Shown in pieces: positions 62,992 to 64,000 of a stretch of DNA of 64,000 bases (its first letter is position 1; each line of letters begins with the position of its first letter). Location of the stretch: contig JAGGTK010000099.1 of the NCBI GenBank assembly GCA_021163765.1, forward strand, positions 16,089 through 80,088. The letters run 5' to 3'. The stretch is from a bacterium. Its GTDB lineage: Bacteria; 4484-113. The notes beneath the pieces were generated by a model, which saw only the letters and a list, made by a program, of their open reading frames with translations, was not told where the DNA came from and did not search any database. Both the position numbers and the translations under genes were made by a program.

Positions 62992-63416
62992 GTGAGATCT
63001 ATGAGAGGAATCGATACCTGCGGCTGGCGGTGAACATCGCCCTGGTCGCGCTGTATGTTGTAATCGCGACATGGCAACTGGGGCTGCTGCGCGCCGAAGA
63101 GCGGGAGATCAGCACGCTTGACGGCCAGATACCTATTCTGGAAAAAGACGTTGTCCTGAAGGAGCAGAACTTCCTCACCGAGCAGACGCTCCTGGAGATG
63201 ACACGGGAGAGGCTCACGCCTCAGGAGGCGGTGAAACAGTCCCAGGAGCTTCAGGAGCTGAGAGACAGGCTTGAAGGCAGCCGCAGTCAGCTGACCGCCA
63301 AGCGCGAGGCGCGGGATGAACTGCAAAAGCGCAGGCGAAGCCATAACATTATCCTGATTGTGGGTCTTGTAGTACTGGCGGTACTGCTCTGGGTAAACTG
63401 GGTGATTAACTACTGA
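62988..63416 (+). CDS. coiled-coil protein with N- and C-terminal TM helices
   Basis: 142 aa with an ATGA overlap with the ABC ATPase gene. Confidence 0.45.
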   Translation: MSEIYERNRYLRLAVNIALVALYVVIATWQLGLLRAEEREISTLDGQIPILEKDVVLKEQNFLTEQTLLEMTRERLTPQEAVKQSQELQELRDRLEGSRSQLTAKREARDELQKRRRSHNIILIVGLVVLAVLLWVNWVINY

Positions 63417-64000
63417 GCCGCTTTGGCTTCGTCGAGCCGCTTGAGTACAGCGGAAACGAATCTGGGCGCGAAACCGGCACGCTTTATCTTGCTGGGCGTT
63501 AGCTTCTTCTCCTTGCGCAGATAAAGGATTTTATCCACTTCCCGAATGACTTCGCGTGGCTCCGAGCCTTCGGCGGGATTGCGCCAGAGTTCAAAGCTCG
63601 GCTGGCGGATACGGATTTGCTCGGGAAGGTCCAGGTAGTCGGCGATTTCGAAGATGTGTGTCTTGTAGAGTTCCGCGAGCGGCTGAGGAACAGGCGAGAA
63701 AGTGCCGCACAGCAGGCCCAGGCCCAGCAAGCGCTCGGTGAGATTCAACGCGGACAGGTGGGCCATGCCTTCCTGTCCCGCGATATCCAGCACCAGCATC
63801 GTGCGCAGGCGGTCCATTATCTGGTATCTCCGCAGAGCGGCCTCTTCGCCGTGGAAAGGAACCCGGAGCATCTCCGCCAGCGTCTCAACAGGAGTGGTTA
63901 TATCGATCATGCGCATTCGGATGCGAAGCTGGCGTGCCAGGATTGCCCCATCCTTAACCTGCAGCTCCTCGTCATACGAATGTACGAGCTGCAGGCCGTA
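63410..64000 (-). CDS. NAD synthetase (NadE)-like protein, C-terminal part only (ORF stays open to the window end)
   Basis: ..PLAELYKTHIFEIADYLDLPEQIRIRQPSFELW.. parallels the NadE segment ..P.GDLYK..V..LA..LG.P..I...PSA.LW. The frame upstream of the listed Met has no stop through position 64000 (my translation: YGLQLVHSYDEELQVKDGAILARQLRIR...). Confidence 0.4.
   Translation of the reverse strand, partial: YGLQLVHSYDEELQVKDGAILARQLRIRMRMIDITTPVETLAEMLRVPFHGEEAALRRYQIMDRLRTMLVLDIAGQEGMAHLSALNLTERLLGLGLLCGTFSPVPQPLAELYKTHIFEIADYLDLPEQIRIRQPSFELWRNPAEGSEPREVIREVDKILYLRKEKKLTPSKIKRAGFAPRFVSAVLKRLDEAKAAQ

Overview
High-GC, densely coding bacterial chromosome segment with no rRNA, tRNA or CRISPR array that I could find. 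Several tightly coupled operons have ATGA/TGATG start-stop overlaps. Two putative secreted proteins end in aromatic residues (..ITLW, ..RWRF), as outer-membrane barrels do, which suggests a diderm host. I cannot name the taxon.

Housekeeping genes recognised by motif:
- acpS, dcd, rmuC, sppA, tpiA, rpe, htpX, trmO and a cca-type nucleotidyltransferase
- ispG, plus yacL-ispD-ispF in Bacillus-like order
- phnCE, an ECF sigma/anti-sigma pair, a Ser/Thr kinase and a DapL-like aminotransferase

Four things stand out:
1. 47.5-58.0 kb holds a compact block of 17 co-directional phage-like genes: portal, capsid, connectors, a short tail, a discoidin-type tail protein and a T7-lysozyme-type amidase. It has no terminase, prohead protease, integrase, repressor or replication genes. 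Its composition looks like the host's. I read it as a candidate gene-transfer-agent-like or domesticated particle locus.
2. 9.4-17.1 kb is an 8-gene operon. It joins a divergent succinyl-CoA-synthetase-like pair (beta subunit fused to a 2x[4Fe-4S]-type Cys domain) and a short citrate-synthase-family (citryl-CoA-lyase-like) protein. It also carries an HD hydrolase, a LeuCD/HacAB-type dehydratase pair, an isocitrate/isopropylmalate-family dehydrogenase and a saccharopine-dehydrogenase-family protein. A second divergent LeuCD-like pair lies nearby.
3. An IspF-RNase H fusion ORF.
4. AT-richer islets carrying an XRE-ImmA/IrrE + PIN pair, an HsdR_N-type nuclease-fold protein and a Fic protein. A CcrM-like orphan adenine methyltransferase is also present.

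All functional calls come from reading the supplied translations against remembered family motifs. No database search was run.
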